Assembly (NCBI GenBank): GCA_043732485.1
Contig: JAYTHP010000186.1
Span: 1 to 26,783, forward strand
DNA: 26,783 nucleotides
Reading direction: 5' to 3'
Source: Oligoflexia bacterium
GTDB lineage: Bacteria > Bdellovibrionota > UBA1018
A model generated the notes under the pieces. It was not told the origin of the DNA. It searched no databases and saw only the letters and a list, made by a program, of their open reading frames with translations. Every line of letters starts with the position of its first letter. Position 1 is the first letter of the stretch. Of the stretch, positions 8,365-17,074 are shown in pieces. The translations under genes and the position numbers were made by a program.

Positions 8365-8940
8365 ATGGATCAACCAGAATTTTTTGAAAGCGCCACGAAT
8401 CCCCAAGGAAGCTCGGACACGAGGGGTGAAAAAGCCTCAGAAAAGTCCACTTCAGAGCGACCCTTATTAGTGTCGTCCTCGCCGAGTGCGACCCCACCAG
8501 CTGCCTCGGGTTTAGAAGAGAAAAAGGCTAAAAAAAGCAAAATTGTAACTCCGGAAGTGACGATAGGAGCAGGGAGCGCTAGTGGCGAATTAAAGTCCCA
8601 TTCCGTTCGCATTCTGATTGAAGGGGAGGCTGCTAGAAAACTCCTGCAGATGGAAAGTGAGTTAAAAGAGCGCCTGTCTAAGCCTGATTTAGGAAAGATC
8701 ATTGCGGCTGAAATTGTCACCTGGAGCGATGCACGCTGGGCTCAGCTGATTGAAGAGAATACAGATGTTGATTATTTCTTCGCTCAGATTCGCGACTGCC
8801 AGGACAAATTGAAGTCTTTGAAGCTGCTCAAGAGTCTCACGGAAAGCTTGAAGAGCTTTGATTTACCGCAAGCCCTGACCGCAGGCGATTTGGCGCAATC
8901 GCAATCGCAAGCATTGGAGTCTCAGGCGTCGCAGCCTTAG
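8365..8940 (+). CDS. Hypothetical protein; disordered N-terminus followed by a ribbon-helix-helix-like segment
   Basis: AGGAG at 8353-8357 precedes ATG 8365; SVRILI-EGEAARKLLQMESELKER-LSKPDLGKIIAAEI strand-helix-helix pattern. Confidence 0.65.
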   Translation: MDQPEFFESATNPQGSSDTRGEKASEKSTSERPLLVSSSPSATPPAASGLEEKKAKKSKIVTPEVTIGAGSASGELKSHSVRILIEGEAARKLLQMESELKERLSKPDLGKIIAAEIVTWSDARWAQLIEENTDVDYFFAQIRDCQDKLKSLKLLKSLTESLKSFDLPQALTAGDLAQSQSQALESQASQP

Positions 8941-8998
8941 GCTTTTCATGCCCGAGCGTCGTCTCTCAGCGTCAGTCGGGTGCGCGCTCAAAAGCGAA

Positions 8999-9032
8999 AA
9001 CCTCAAGCCCCACTCAGAGGGGGCTTGAGGTT
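8999..9032. terminator. Strong hairpin between convergent genes (terminator or REP-like)
   Basis: AACCTCAAGCCCC-actcagag-GGGGCTTGAGGTT, 13-bp perfect inverted repeat. Confidence 0.65.
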
Positions 9033-9268
9033 AAGCTTAGGAAAATAAGCTTAAAAAATAATAGCTTAGCTTTTAAGTGCTTTCAAGGCTCGTGGGAGCA
9101 TCAAACGCTAACTGCGCATATCCATTGAGTAAAGTGATGCAGGAGCGTCAAAAAATCCTCGCACGCTCCTTTGCGCACTCCGTCAGTGCATGCCTACAAG
9201 GCTAAGTCCGGACCAGCGAACCTCAGAACAACGACTGCCCTCTCAAGACCCGCTTGAGGGTGGGCGTT

Positions 9269-9619
9269 TTAAGCGGAGGTCTCAGGGGAGAAAATGTCCT
9301 TAAGCGACCTGGGAAAGGTCCACTTGGGCTTCTGGCTGCTGGGGCGGGCTTTAATCACCATCGGGGCGCCGGTAAAGGGGTTAGTGCCTTTGCTGGCAGG
9401 CCGGGCTTTGGTTTCTTTGCTGGTAAGCGTGCCTACGACGGGGAACTTAACCCGCTCTCCTTTGGCGGCTGCTTGAGCGGCTTGCGTGAAAGCTTGCTCA
9501 AGGAGGATTTTTAAATCTGCTTTTTTAATTTTGCTGTCTTTTGAGCTGTGGCTGAGCGTTTGTAATCCCTCATGCAAGGCGTCAAGCAATAAAAATTTGG
9601 GTTTTTCGGTCGATATCAT
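9269..9619 (-). CDS. HU/IHF-family DNA-binding protein
   Basis: GERVKFPVVGTL...KARPASKGTNPFTGAPMVIKARP arm motif; AAGGAG SD upstream. Confidence 0.88.
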   Translation of the reverse strand: MISTEKPKFLLLDALHEGLQTLSHSSKDSKIKKADLKILLEQAFTQAAQAAAKGERVKFPVVGTLTSKETKARPASKGTNPFTGAPMVIKARPSSQKPKWTFPRSLKDIFSPETSA

Positions 9620-9666
9620 TCAATTTTCTCCTTCGTTACTAGTTGTAGGGGGATTTACCGGGGAGT

Positions 9667-10488
9667 TCAATCAGTTTTTTTGAAATTTTTTAAGGATCTT
9701 ACGGGGTTAATTTTTTGTTCCACAAGTGGAATCAGCTCACTGGGGTGATCAATGAGGTGGATAAAATCGATCTCCTCGCCGCTGACCGCTCCTTGGGCGA
9801 CTAAGACCTCGTGAATCCAGTTCCAGTAGCCTTGCCAGTAGGCTTTGCCCACCAAAATGACGGCAAAGTCATAAATTTTACCGGTTTGGATCAAAGTGAT
9901 CGCTTCATTGAGTTCATCCAGCGTTCCCAGACCCCCGGGGAGGATGACGAAGGCGTACGAATACTTGACTAACATTATTTTTCTGATAAAGAAATAATGG
10001 AAATTGAGCGAGAGTTGGACGTAAGGGTTGGGGCTTTGCTCGTGCGGTAAGCGGATGTTGCAACCGACGCTGAGCCCGCCTGCCGCCTGCGCGCCGCGAT
10101 TACAGGCTTCCATGAGGCCTGGGCCCCCGCCGGTGATCACGGCGTAGCCTGCTTGCGCTAGTTCCTGACCGACGGCTTGGCCTAATTGATAATAGCTATG
10201 GCCTTCTTGAAAGCGCGCCGAGCCAAAGACGGTGACCGCAGGGCCGAGGTTTCGCAACTGGCTAACGCCGCGCCAGTAGTCGACCACTATCCGCCAGGCA
10301 CGAATCGATTCACGCAGCAGGGTGTTGCGCTGGGCGAGAAAGTGCCCGCGAAACGCAGCGAGTTCAGGAGGGGGTTGAGGGTCGCCTGAGGTTTTAAGGG
10401 ACGTGCTGAGGGACGCCCCAGAGGGCATTCGCAGCAGACGCTTCAAGCGAGGCGGCTGCTTTTTCGTTTTTCGGTCGGTTTCCATCAT
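9667..10488 (-). CDS. LOG-family (TIGR00730) nucleotide monophosphate phosphoribohydrolase
   Basis: AVTVFGSAR, ITGGGPGLMEA, EQSPNPY, FHYFFIRK and PGGLGTLDE. Start is uncertain (ORF open from 10626). Confidence 0.92.
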   Translation of the reverse strand: MMETDRKTKKQPPRLKRLLRMPSGASLSTSLKTSGDPQPPPELAAFRGHFLAQRNTLLRESIRAWRIVVDYWRGVSQLRNLGPAVTVFGSARFQEGHSYYQLGQAVGQELAQAGYAVITGGGPGLMEACNRGAQAAGGLSVGCNIRLPHEQSPNPYVQLSLNFHYFFIRKIMLVKYSYAFVILPGGLGTLDELNEAITLIQTGKIYDFAVILVGKAYWQGYWNWIHEVLVAQGAVSGEEIDFIHLIDHPSELIPLVEQKINPVRSLKNFKKTD

Positions 10489-10740
10489 AGTGTGGGGCAG
10501 GTGTACCATAGCTCGACCTGGTTTCATTTGAAAAAAAGTAAGGGTGAGGTGTTTCTGTGCCGTGTTTTTCAGGGATTGGACGTAATTCTTGGAAGGTAAG
10601 TAACGCGCCGTAGGCAGCTCTGGCACACGAAAACTGGGCTCCCTGCTCGCCCCCTTGCGTGCTTGCGATGAGCAAAAAATGAGTAGCCAGCAGCAGCAGT
10701 CGCGGCAGTGTGCGGGGAGAGAGAGAAAAAAAAGAGGATC

Positions 10741-12753
10741 ATGAAAATTCTACTGGCAACCCCACCGATGACCCAGCTCAATACGCCCTACCCTGCAACC
10801 GCCTACTTAACGGGTTTTTTGCGCAGTCGCGGCTATGAAACCGTCCAAGCGGATCCTGCCTTGGAGCTGATGCTCAGGCTATTTTCTGCAAGCGGGTTAC
10901 AAAAAGTAGCCCATCTGCTTGAGCAGCGGCTGATGGGTCAGGGGCCTGATCCAGATCATCAGGCGCTAGCCACCGCGCCCTCGTCACCTGCGATTGCTTT
11001 TTTCTTAACGCATCAGGAGTTTTACGTCAGTCGGGTGGAGCCTGTGATTCAGTTTTTGCAAGGCAAAGACCCTAGTTTGGCTTTACGAATCATCTCGCGC
11101 GATTTTCTGCCTGAAGGTCCGCGCTTCGTGGCGCTTGAGGAAGGGGCTGAGGCGGATGACCCCGATCCGTTGGCGTGGGCTTTTGGCAGCCTAGGTATTC
11201 AAGACCGTGCCAAGTACTTAGCCACCCTATTTTTGGATGATCTAGCGGATGTTATCCAGCAGGGCATTGACGAGCGCTTTGCCTTTTCCCGTTACGGCGC
11301 CAAACTGGCGGCCAGTCAGGCGAGTTTTGAGCCGTTGGCGCAAGCGCTAGCAACGTGCTTGAGTGCGCCGACCCTGGTGGATGAACTTTTACAAGAAATT
11401 ACGCTCGAGCTGTGGCACGAGCACCAGCCTGAGGTGGTAGGTTTAACTGTGCCGTTTCCAGGCAACGTTTACGGGGCATTCTCCATGGCTCAGACCTTAA
11501 AGAAGGTCGCGCCGCATGTTACGCTGATTTTGGGGGGAGGTTATGTCAACACCGAGTTGCGCGGCTTGCAGGAGCCACGGGTGTTTGATTTTTTTGACTA
11601 TCTGGTGTTAGACGACGGCGAGCGACCGTTGTTGTGTCTATTAGATTTTTTAGCGAAAAAAAATCAGTTGTCGCAGACTCAGCAGTCAGTCGAGTTCTTG
11701 CCAGAGAATTTGCTCCGGACCTTTTGGCGCAAAGGCGATCAGGTGGTGTTGCAAAGTGATTCGAGCGAGCACGATTTGCCACAATCACAAACGGGGACCC
11801 CCACTTACGACGGCTTGAAGCTTGATCGCTATGTGGCAGTTTTTGAGATGCTCAATCCCATGCATCGCATTTGGTCCGACGGCCGCTGGAATAAGCTTAC
11901 GCTCGCGCACGGCTGTTATTGGAAAAAATGCAGTTTTTGTGATGTGTCCTTAGACTATATCGGACGTTATGATCCCGCGCCGATCGATCGCATCATTGAT
12001 CGTATGCTCTCGCTGATTGCCGAGACCTCGCAGCGGGGTTTTCATTTCGTCGACGAAGCCGCCCCGCCAGCCCTGCTCAAGGCACTTGCTACGCGCTTGC
12101 TGGAGCGGCAAGTGGTGATCACCTGGTGGGGGAATATTCGTTTTGATCGTCTTTTTGCACAAAGTGGGGTGGCCAGTCTTTTGGCCCAGTCAGGCTGTGT
12201 GGCTGTCAGTGGCGGGCTGGAGGTGGCGTCCGATCGCTTACTCAAGCTCATGCAAAAAGGGGTAACCGTCTCCCAGGTGGCGCAAGTCAGCGCCGCACTC
12301 AGCCAGGCAGGGATCATGGTGCATGCCTATCTTATGTACGGATTTCCGACCCAAACCACCCAAGAAACCCTAGATGCCTTGGAGCGCGTCAGGCAGCTGT
12401 TTGCCGCAGGCTGTTTGCAGTCCGGCTATTGGCATCGTTTTTCGGCGACTTTGCACAGTCCGATCGGCCGCAATCCCGAGAAATATGGGATTGAATGCCA
12501 AACCACTCCGCCTGAGAGTGCTTTTCCCCTGTTTGCGCAAAATGATCTCACTTTTTTTGATCCCACCCCCACCGATCACGATTTCTTAGGCGTGGGCTTA
12601 AAAAAAGCTCTTTACAATTACATGCACGGGGTGGGTTTGGACCTAGACGTCCGGGTGTGGTTTGGCAAGAAGGGCAAGCAATTTAAGGTGCCGAAGCCGC
12701 AAGTCCCCGCCGATTTGATCGCGTCTTGCCTAGATCCCGACCTACACGGGTAG
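10741..12753 (+). CDS. Cobalamin-binding-domain radical SAM protein (uncharacterised family)
   Basis: PPMTQLNTPYPATAYL, PFPGN, LGGGYVNTELR, DDGERP, HGCYWKKCSFCD, FHFVDEA, SGGLE and HAYLMYGFP; GAGGA before ATG 10741. Confidence 0.92.
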   Translation: MKILLATPPMTQLNTPYPATAYLTGFLRSRGYETVQADPALELMLRLFSASGLQKVAHLLEQRLMGQGPDPDHQALATAPSSPAIAFFLTHQEFYVSRVEPVIQFLQGKDPSLALRIISRDFLPEGPRFVALEEGAEADDPDPLAWAFGSLGIQDRAKYLATLFLDDLADVIQQGIDERFAFSRYGAKLAASQASFEPLAQALATCLSAPTLVDELLQEITLELWHEHQPEVVGLTVPFPGNVYGAFSMAQTLKKVAPHVTLILGGGYVNTELRGLQEPRVFDFFDYLVLDDGERPLLCLLDFLAKKNQLSQTQQSVEFLPENLLRTFWRKGDQVVLQSDSSEHDLPQSQTGTPTYDGLKLDRYVAVFEMLNPMHRIWSDGRWNKLTLAHGCYWKKCSFCDVSLDYIGRYDPAPIDRIIDRMLSLIAETSQRGFHFVDEAAPPALLKALATRLLERQVVITWWGNIRFDRLFAQSGVASLLAQSGCVAVSGGLEVASDRLLKLMQKGVTVSQVAQVSAALSQAGIMVHAYLMYGFPTQTTQETLDALERVRQLFAAGCLQSGYWHRFSATLHSPIGRNPEKYGIECQTTPPESAFPLFAQNDLTFFDPTPTDHDFLGVGLKKALYNYMHGVGLDLDVRVWFGKKGKQFKVPKPQVPADLIASCLDPDLHG

Positions 12754-13071
12754 GTGGGAGGCGTGCAGAGCGTTTTGCTGCAGCGGTCGCCCTAAAGCGT
12801 CTGCTTGTCGTTTTAAGCCGGCAAGCACGGGCAGCAAAGGGGGGCGAACCTCTTGCAGGTGACGCTTCAGGGTGCTAAACAGTAGGCTGCGCGATAAGCC
12901 AAAGTGCCGATACTCCAGCGTGATTTCTCCCAGCTCTGCTTGCACTGTGATCTTTTGGCAACCTTTTAGGTTCTGTAAATCACCAATCAAAGCCGCCAGC
13001 ACTCCGGTCTGCTGCATCAAGAAAGCGCTACGATAGCGAAAGTGCCCACGGGTAAAAAATCCTGAACTCAT
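12742..13071 (-). CDS. Hypothetical protein, HMA2-like domain
   Basis: TRGHFRYRSAFL...LQNLKGCQKITVQAELGEITLEY resembles the HMA2 pattern (PGRxRxR...L..GV..V.....GS..I.Y); ATGA overlap with the upstream gene. Confidence 0.5.
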   Translation of the reverse strand: MSSGFFTRGHFRYRSAFLMQQTGVLAALIGDLQNLKGCQKITVQAELGEITLEYRHFGLSRSLLFSTLKRHLQEVRPPLLPVLAGLKRQADALGRPLQQNALHASHLPV

Positions 13072-13403
13072 TCGTTGACTTGCCTCAGATGATCCAACTC
13101 AAAAGTACCTGCCCCCACCCTGAGTGCTTCACTTTTGAGGCCAGGAGTGATCTTCGCGGGACTAAGATGATTGAGGTTGGAATTTTTATCGATGTGTGCC
13201 TTTTTTACAGCCACTGACCCCCCTCGCATCTCCGCTAAAACCTCCTCAATCGCTTTCAGCTCATCTTCAAGCTCCCAGCGTGATAGCAAAATCACTGCCA
13301 GATCTTCGTGATTATCGGGCGCCTTCATGCTTTCATGCACCCTGATCTTATGGCGCAGCCCTAAGGAGCGTTTGACTAGTTCAAGTTTGCGCAGTTTATC
13401 CAT
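13068..13403 (-). CDS. Hypothetical helical protein directly downstream of acnA
   Basis: 111-aa ORF with two amphipathic helices (KLRKLELVKRSLGLRHK; RWELEDELKAIEEVL), co-oriented and 42 nt after the acnA stop. Confidence 0.75.
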   Translation of the reverse strand: MDKLRKLELVKRSLGLRHKIRVHESMKAPDNHEDLAVILLSRWELEDELKAIEEVLAEMRGGSVAVKKAHIDKNSNLNHLSPAKITPGLKSEALRVGAGTFELDHLRQVNE

Positions 13404-13445
13404 AAAAGTCCATACCTTACCCCTCGTTTGAACCCCCTGATTTTT

Positions 13446-16232
13446 TTAGGACTTATGCGAGAGCGCTAGGGTCTGACGCAAGACATAAAGTAGGATTCCG
13501 CCGTGATTAAAATATTCTAACTCATTGGGGGTATCAATTCGCACTAAAACTGTAAACTTTTTTATTTGACCCTGGCCCGATTTTCCGCTGACTGTCGCGC
13601 TGACTTCCAGTTTTTGTCCGGGTGTCAGTCGATCCAGCCCCGCAAAGCTAAAATATTCTTCCCCTGAAAGACCTAAAGAGCTAGCACTTTGCTCGGCTTG
13701 AAATTGTAAGGGTAAAATACCCATTCCAACGAGATTGGAGCGATGAATCCGCTCAAAGCTCTCGGCAATCACTACCCGAATGCCCAATAATTGCGGTCCC
13801 TTGGCAGCCCAATCGCGTGAGGAGCCGGTGCCATATTCTTTACCCGCCAAAATCATCAGTGGCGTTTGCTCCTTTTGATACTGCATGGCGGCATCAAAAA
13901 TTGGCAGCGTCACTCCGGAAGGCAAATGCCGAGTGAAGCCCCCTTCGATTTCCGGCGTGAGGTGGTTTTTAATGCGGGTATTGGCAAACGTTCCACGCAT
14001 CATCACTTGATGGTTCCCTCGTCTAGCGCCGTAGGAGTTAAATTCTACCTGAGGCACACCTAAGGAGAGCAAATACTTGCCTGCAGGAGAGTCGGCGGCA
14101 AAAGAGCCTGCAGGAGAAATATGGTCCGTGGTGACGGAGTCCCCTAAAACGGCTAAGACCCGAGCGTTGTCAATCAGCGCACGCGGCTTGGGCGTAAGCG
14201 TCATGTCCTGGAAGAAGGGAGGCTCTTGAATGTAGGTGGAGGAGCTTTCCCACTGAAAGAGTTGTTCGGGCACGGCCACTAATTTTTTCCATTCGGCCGA
14301 GCCACTTAAGACGTCTTGATAGCTGTTGGCAAACTGCGCTTCCGTCACACTTTCCTTCATCACTCGGTTGATTTCCTCAATCGTTGGCCAAAGGTCCCGC
14401 AAAAACACCGGATCGCCATTAAAGTCATGTCCGATCGGGTCTTGCTCGAAATTAACCTCAACGGAGCCTGCTAGTGCATAAGCCACCACAAGGGGGGGGG
14501 AGGCTAGGTAATTGGCGCGCACCAGCGGATTAATGCGACCCTCAAAGTTCCGGTTCCCCGACAGCACCGCGGCTACCGTCAGGTGCTGCTCGTTGATCCC
14601 TTGGGTGATCTCCGGTGACAGCGGTCCACTATTGCCGATGCAAGTGGTGCAACCATAGCCCACTAAATGGAAATTGAGTTTTTCCAAGGCGGACATCAAA
14701 TTGGCTTTCACCAGATAATCGGTGACCACTTTGGAGCCTGGTGCTAAACTGGTTTTCACCCAGGGCTTGACCTGCAAACCGCAAGCCACCGCTTTTTGAG
14801 CTAAAAGTCCGGCGGCAATCATCACGCTGGGGTTGGAGGTATTGGTGCAACTGGTGATGGCCGCAATCACCACTGCCCCGTGCTTGAGGTCAAACGACTG
14901 GTAATTGATCTTATCCGTTTGGTCCGGATCCACCCCGGACGATTGCGAGGTAGGCGAGGAGTGGTGCTGGAACTGGATGCGGGCTTTGGCGCCTGCTTGA
15001 AAGTTTTTTGAGAGTAACGGCAACGCTTTGGCAAAGTTCTGACTCACTTCTGTGAGCAAGACCCGGTCCTGCGGTCTGGAGGGCCCTGCAAGGCAAGGCT
15101 CTACCTGCTGTAACTTCAGTTGCAGCACCTTCGTGTAGCAGCTTTCTGAGACGGACTGAGAGCTTTGGGGGTCGTACCAGAGATTTTGGGCTTGAAAATA
15201 AGCTTGAACACGAGCACAAAGCGCTTTTCGGCCCGTAAGCTCGAGATAATCTAAGGTGATGGCATCTACTGGAAAGAGCCCCATGGTGGCCCCGTACTCG
15301 GGCGCCATATTGGCAAGTGTGGCGCGGTCGGCGAGACTCAGGGCGCTGAGTCCCGGGCCAAAGAATTCGACAAAGCGGCCCACCACGCCAGCCTTACGCA
15401 GCATCTGGGTGACCGTCAACACTAGGTCGGTGGCGGTGGTGCCAGGCTTGAGTTTACCGTCGAGCTTAAAGCCAACCACCTGCGGGATGAGCATCGAGCA
15501 GGGTTGTCCAAGGAGCGCCGCTTCGGCTTCGATCCCGCCCACTCCCCAGCCTAAAACACCCAGACCATTAATCATGGTGGTGTGCGAGTCGGTGCCAATC
15601 ACCGTGTCAGGATAGATCCAGGTTTCCCCGTGATGCTGACTGGTCATCGCCACTGAGGCCAGGTACTCCAGGTTCACCTGATGCACAATCCCGGTGTCAG
15701 GCGGAACCACGCGAAAGTTTTTAAAGGCCTGTTGCCCCCACTTCAAGAACTGATAACGTTCCGCGTTGCGTTCAAATTCCCGCTGAGCATTTGCGGCAAA
15801 CGCTTGCGGATTACCAAAAAAGTCCACCTGCACGGAGTGATCAATCACCAAATCGGCAGGCTGCAGCGGGTTAATCACTTGTGGGTCACCGCCTAAGCGA
15901 GTTAACGCGGCACGCATCGCCGCCAGATCGGCAATCGCAGGGACACCAGTGAAGTCTTGCAGCAAGACCCGAGCCGGCATGAATTGAATTTCGTCCTTGG
16001 GTTCTTGTTCAGGCTTCCACTGAGCTATTTTTTCTAGGTCACTTTTTTTCACCACCACGCCATCTTCTTGCCTTAAAAGATTTTCCAGCAGAATTTTTAA
16101 GGAAAAAGGCAGCAAGCGAAGCGAAAGTCCGGAGTTTTTTTCAAAAGCCGGAAGCGAGTGATAAGAGAAGGTCTCGTTACCCACGGTTAAGGTGCTTTTG
16201 GTTTGAAATGAATTGAGGTTTTTTGCGGCCAT
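13446..16232 (-). CDS. acnA: Aconitate hydratase A
   Basis: RVLLQDFTGVP, VIDHSVQVD, GTDSHTTMING, AAITSCTNTSNP, GYGCTTCIGNSG, VTTDHISPAG and YGTGSSRDWAAKG; AAGGA before ATG 16232. Confidence 0.98.
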   Translation of the reverse strand: MAAKNLNSFQTKSTLTVGNETFSYHSLPAFEKNSGLSLRLLPFSLKILLENLLRQEDGVVVKKSDLEKIAQWKPEQEPKDEIQFMPARVLLQDFTGVPAIADLAAMRAALTRLGGDPQVINPLQPADLVIDHSVQVDFFGNPQAFAANAQREFERNAERYQFLKWGQQAFKNFRVVPPDTGIVHQVNLEYLASVAMTSQHHGETWIYPDTVIGTDSHTTMINGLGVLGWGVGGIEAEAALLGQPCSMLIPQVVGFKLDGKLKPGTTATDLVLTVTQMLRKAGVVGRFVEFFGPGLSALSLADRATLANMAPEYGATMGLFPVDAITLDYLELTGRKALCARVQAYFQAQNLWYDPQSSQSVSESCYTKVLQLKLQQVEPCLAGPSRPQDRVLLTEVSQNFAKALPLLSKNFQAGAKARIQFQHHSSPTSQSSGVDPDQTDKINYQSFDLKHGAVVIAAITSCTNTSNPSVMIAAGLLAQKAVACGLQVKPWVKTSLAPGSKVVTDYLVKANLMSALEKLNFHLVGYGCTTCIGNSGPLSPEITQGINEQHLTVAAVLSGNRNFEGRINPLVRANYLASPPLVVAYALAGSVEVNFEQDPIGHDFNGDPVFLRDLWPTIEEINRVMKESVTEAQFANSYQDVLSGSAEWKKLVAVPEQLFQWESSSTYIQEPPFFQDMTLTPKPRALIDNARVLAVLGDSVTTDHISPAGSFAADSPAGKYLLSLGVPQVEFNSYGARRGNHQVMMRGTFANTRIKNHLTPEIEGGFTRHLPSGVTLPIFDAAMQYQKEQTPLMILAGKEYGTGSSRDWAAKGPQLLGIRVVIAESFERIHRSNLVGMGILPLQFQAEQSASSLGLSGEEYFSFAGLDRLTPGQKLEVSATVSGKSGQGQIKKFTVLVRIDTPNELEYFNHGGILLYVLRQTLALSHKS

Positions 16233-16748
16233 GGGCGATGATTCCTTCGTGTTAAGCAAGTTCTAATCGGGTTCTGGGCTTTTTTGAGTCCGGCGACACC
16301 AAGTCTTTGCCCAGAACGTTGCAAAGACCCCTGTAGGTTGACCGCTCAGTCGCTTGGGGTGTTTTCGCGGAGCGTCAGGCGGAGGTGGCGACAAATCGCT
16401 CTGGTCTTAGATCCAACGAATCCAGCACGTTCACCGCTTTCAAGGTCCCCAGTCATGAGGATCTGAAGCCCAAGCCCAACCCAATGCGCTTATCGCACAC
16501 CCCGGTTTGGCCTCATCTGCCGCCCCCTGTAGGGAGCTCAGGGAACGCTTCCTTCACAGACCAAGCGACAGCACACGAAGAGTGATCAGCAAGAGAACAG
16601 CGGGGTTGGGTGATCAATCCTCTGATCCTACCCCAGTGAGCTCAAAAAGCGAGCCTTTTTAGTGGTAAAAATCATCTCGCGCCCTCCAAAAACGGCTCGG
16701 CCCCACGGTGACCGGTCTTTGACAGTGGGGAAAGTGGGGGAGCGCCGG

Positions 16749-16786
16749 CCGGACTCGATGGGGTTGGCTGAGTCTTCGGGTTTTTT
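16749..16786 (+). terminator. Intrinsic-terminator-like hairpin plus T-run within the acnA/uppP divergent spacer
   Basis: CCG-GACTC...GAGTC-tt-CGG followed by TTTTTT. Confidence 0.4.
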
Positions 16787-17074
16787 CGTATTTCTTTTTG
16801 CAGATAATCGGCTTGGATTGAGAAAGTCAATGTAAAACCGTAAGACACGAACTCAAAGCTCTGCGGTCGCGGGGGGGGGAATTAAGGGCGGCGCTTGAGC
16901 TTGACGGTCATGAGTGCGGGCAAGAGATCGGGGGAGAGTGAAGAAACGGTCTTTCACGGCAGCCTTTTTTGTTGCATACTGAGACGAGAGCGCAAATCGC
17001 TTCAAAGTAAATGACCCAAGATCAGGTCAAAGCGAGCCAGGAGCTTTGAGTAAGAGCTTGGAAGGAGAGTTGAG

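Noticed and set aside
8999..9260. HspR HAIR operator
   Set aside because: HAIR is CTTGAGT-N7-ACTCAAG. The arms here are in the opposite order, have variable spacing and lie downstream of genes.
16284..16585. Short ORFs in the acnA/uppP spacer
   Set aside because: They have no SD, no recognisable motifs and non-ATG starts.
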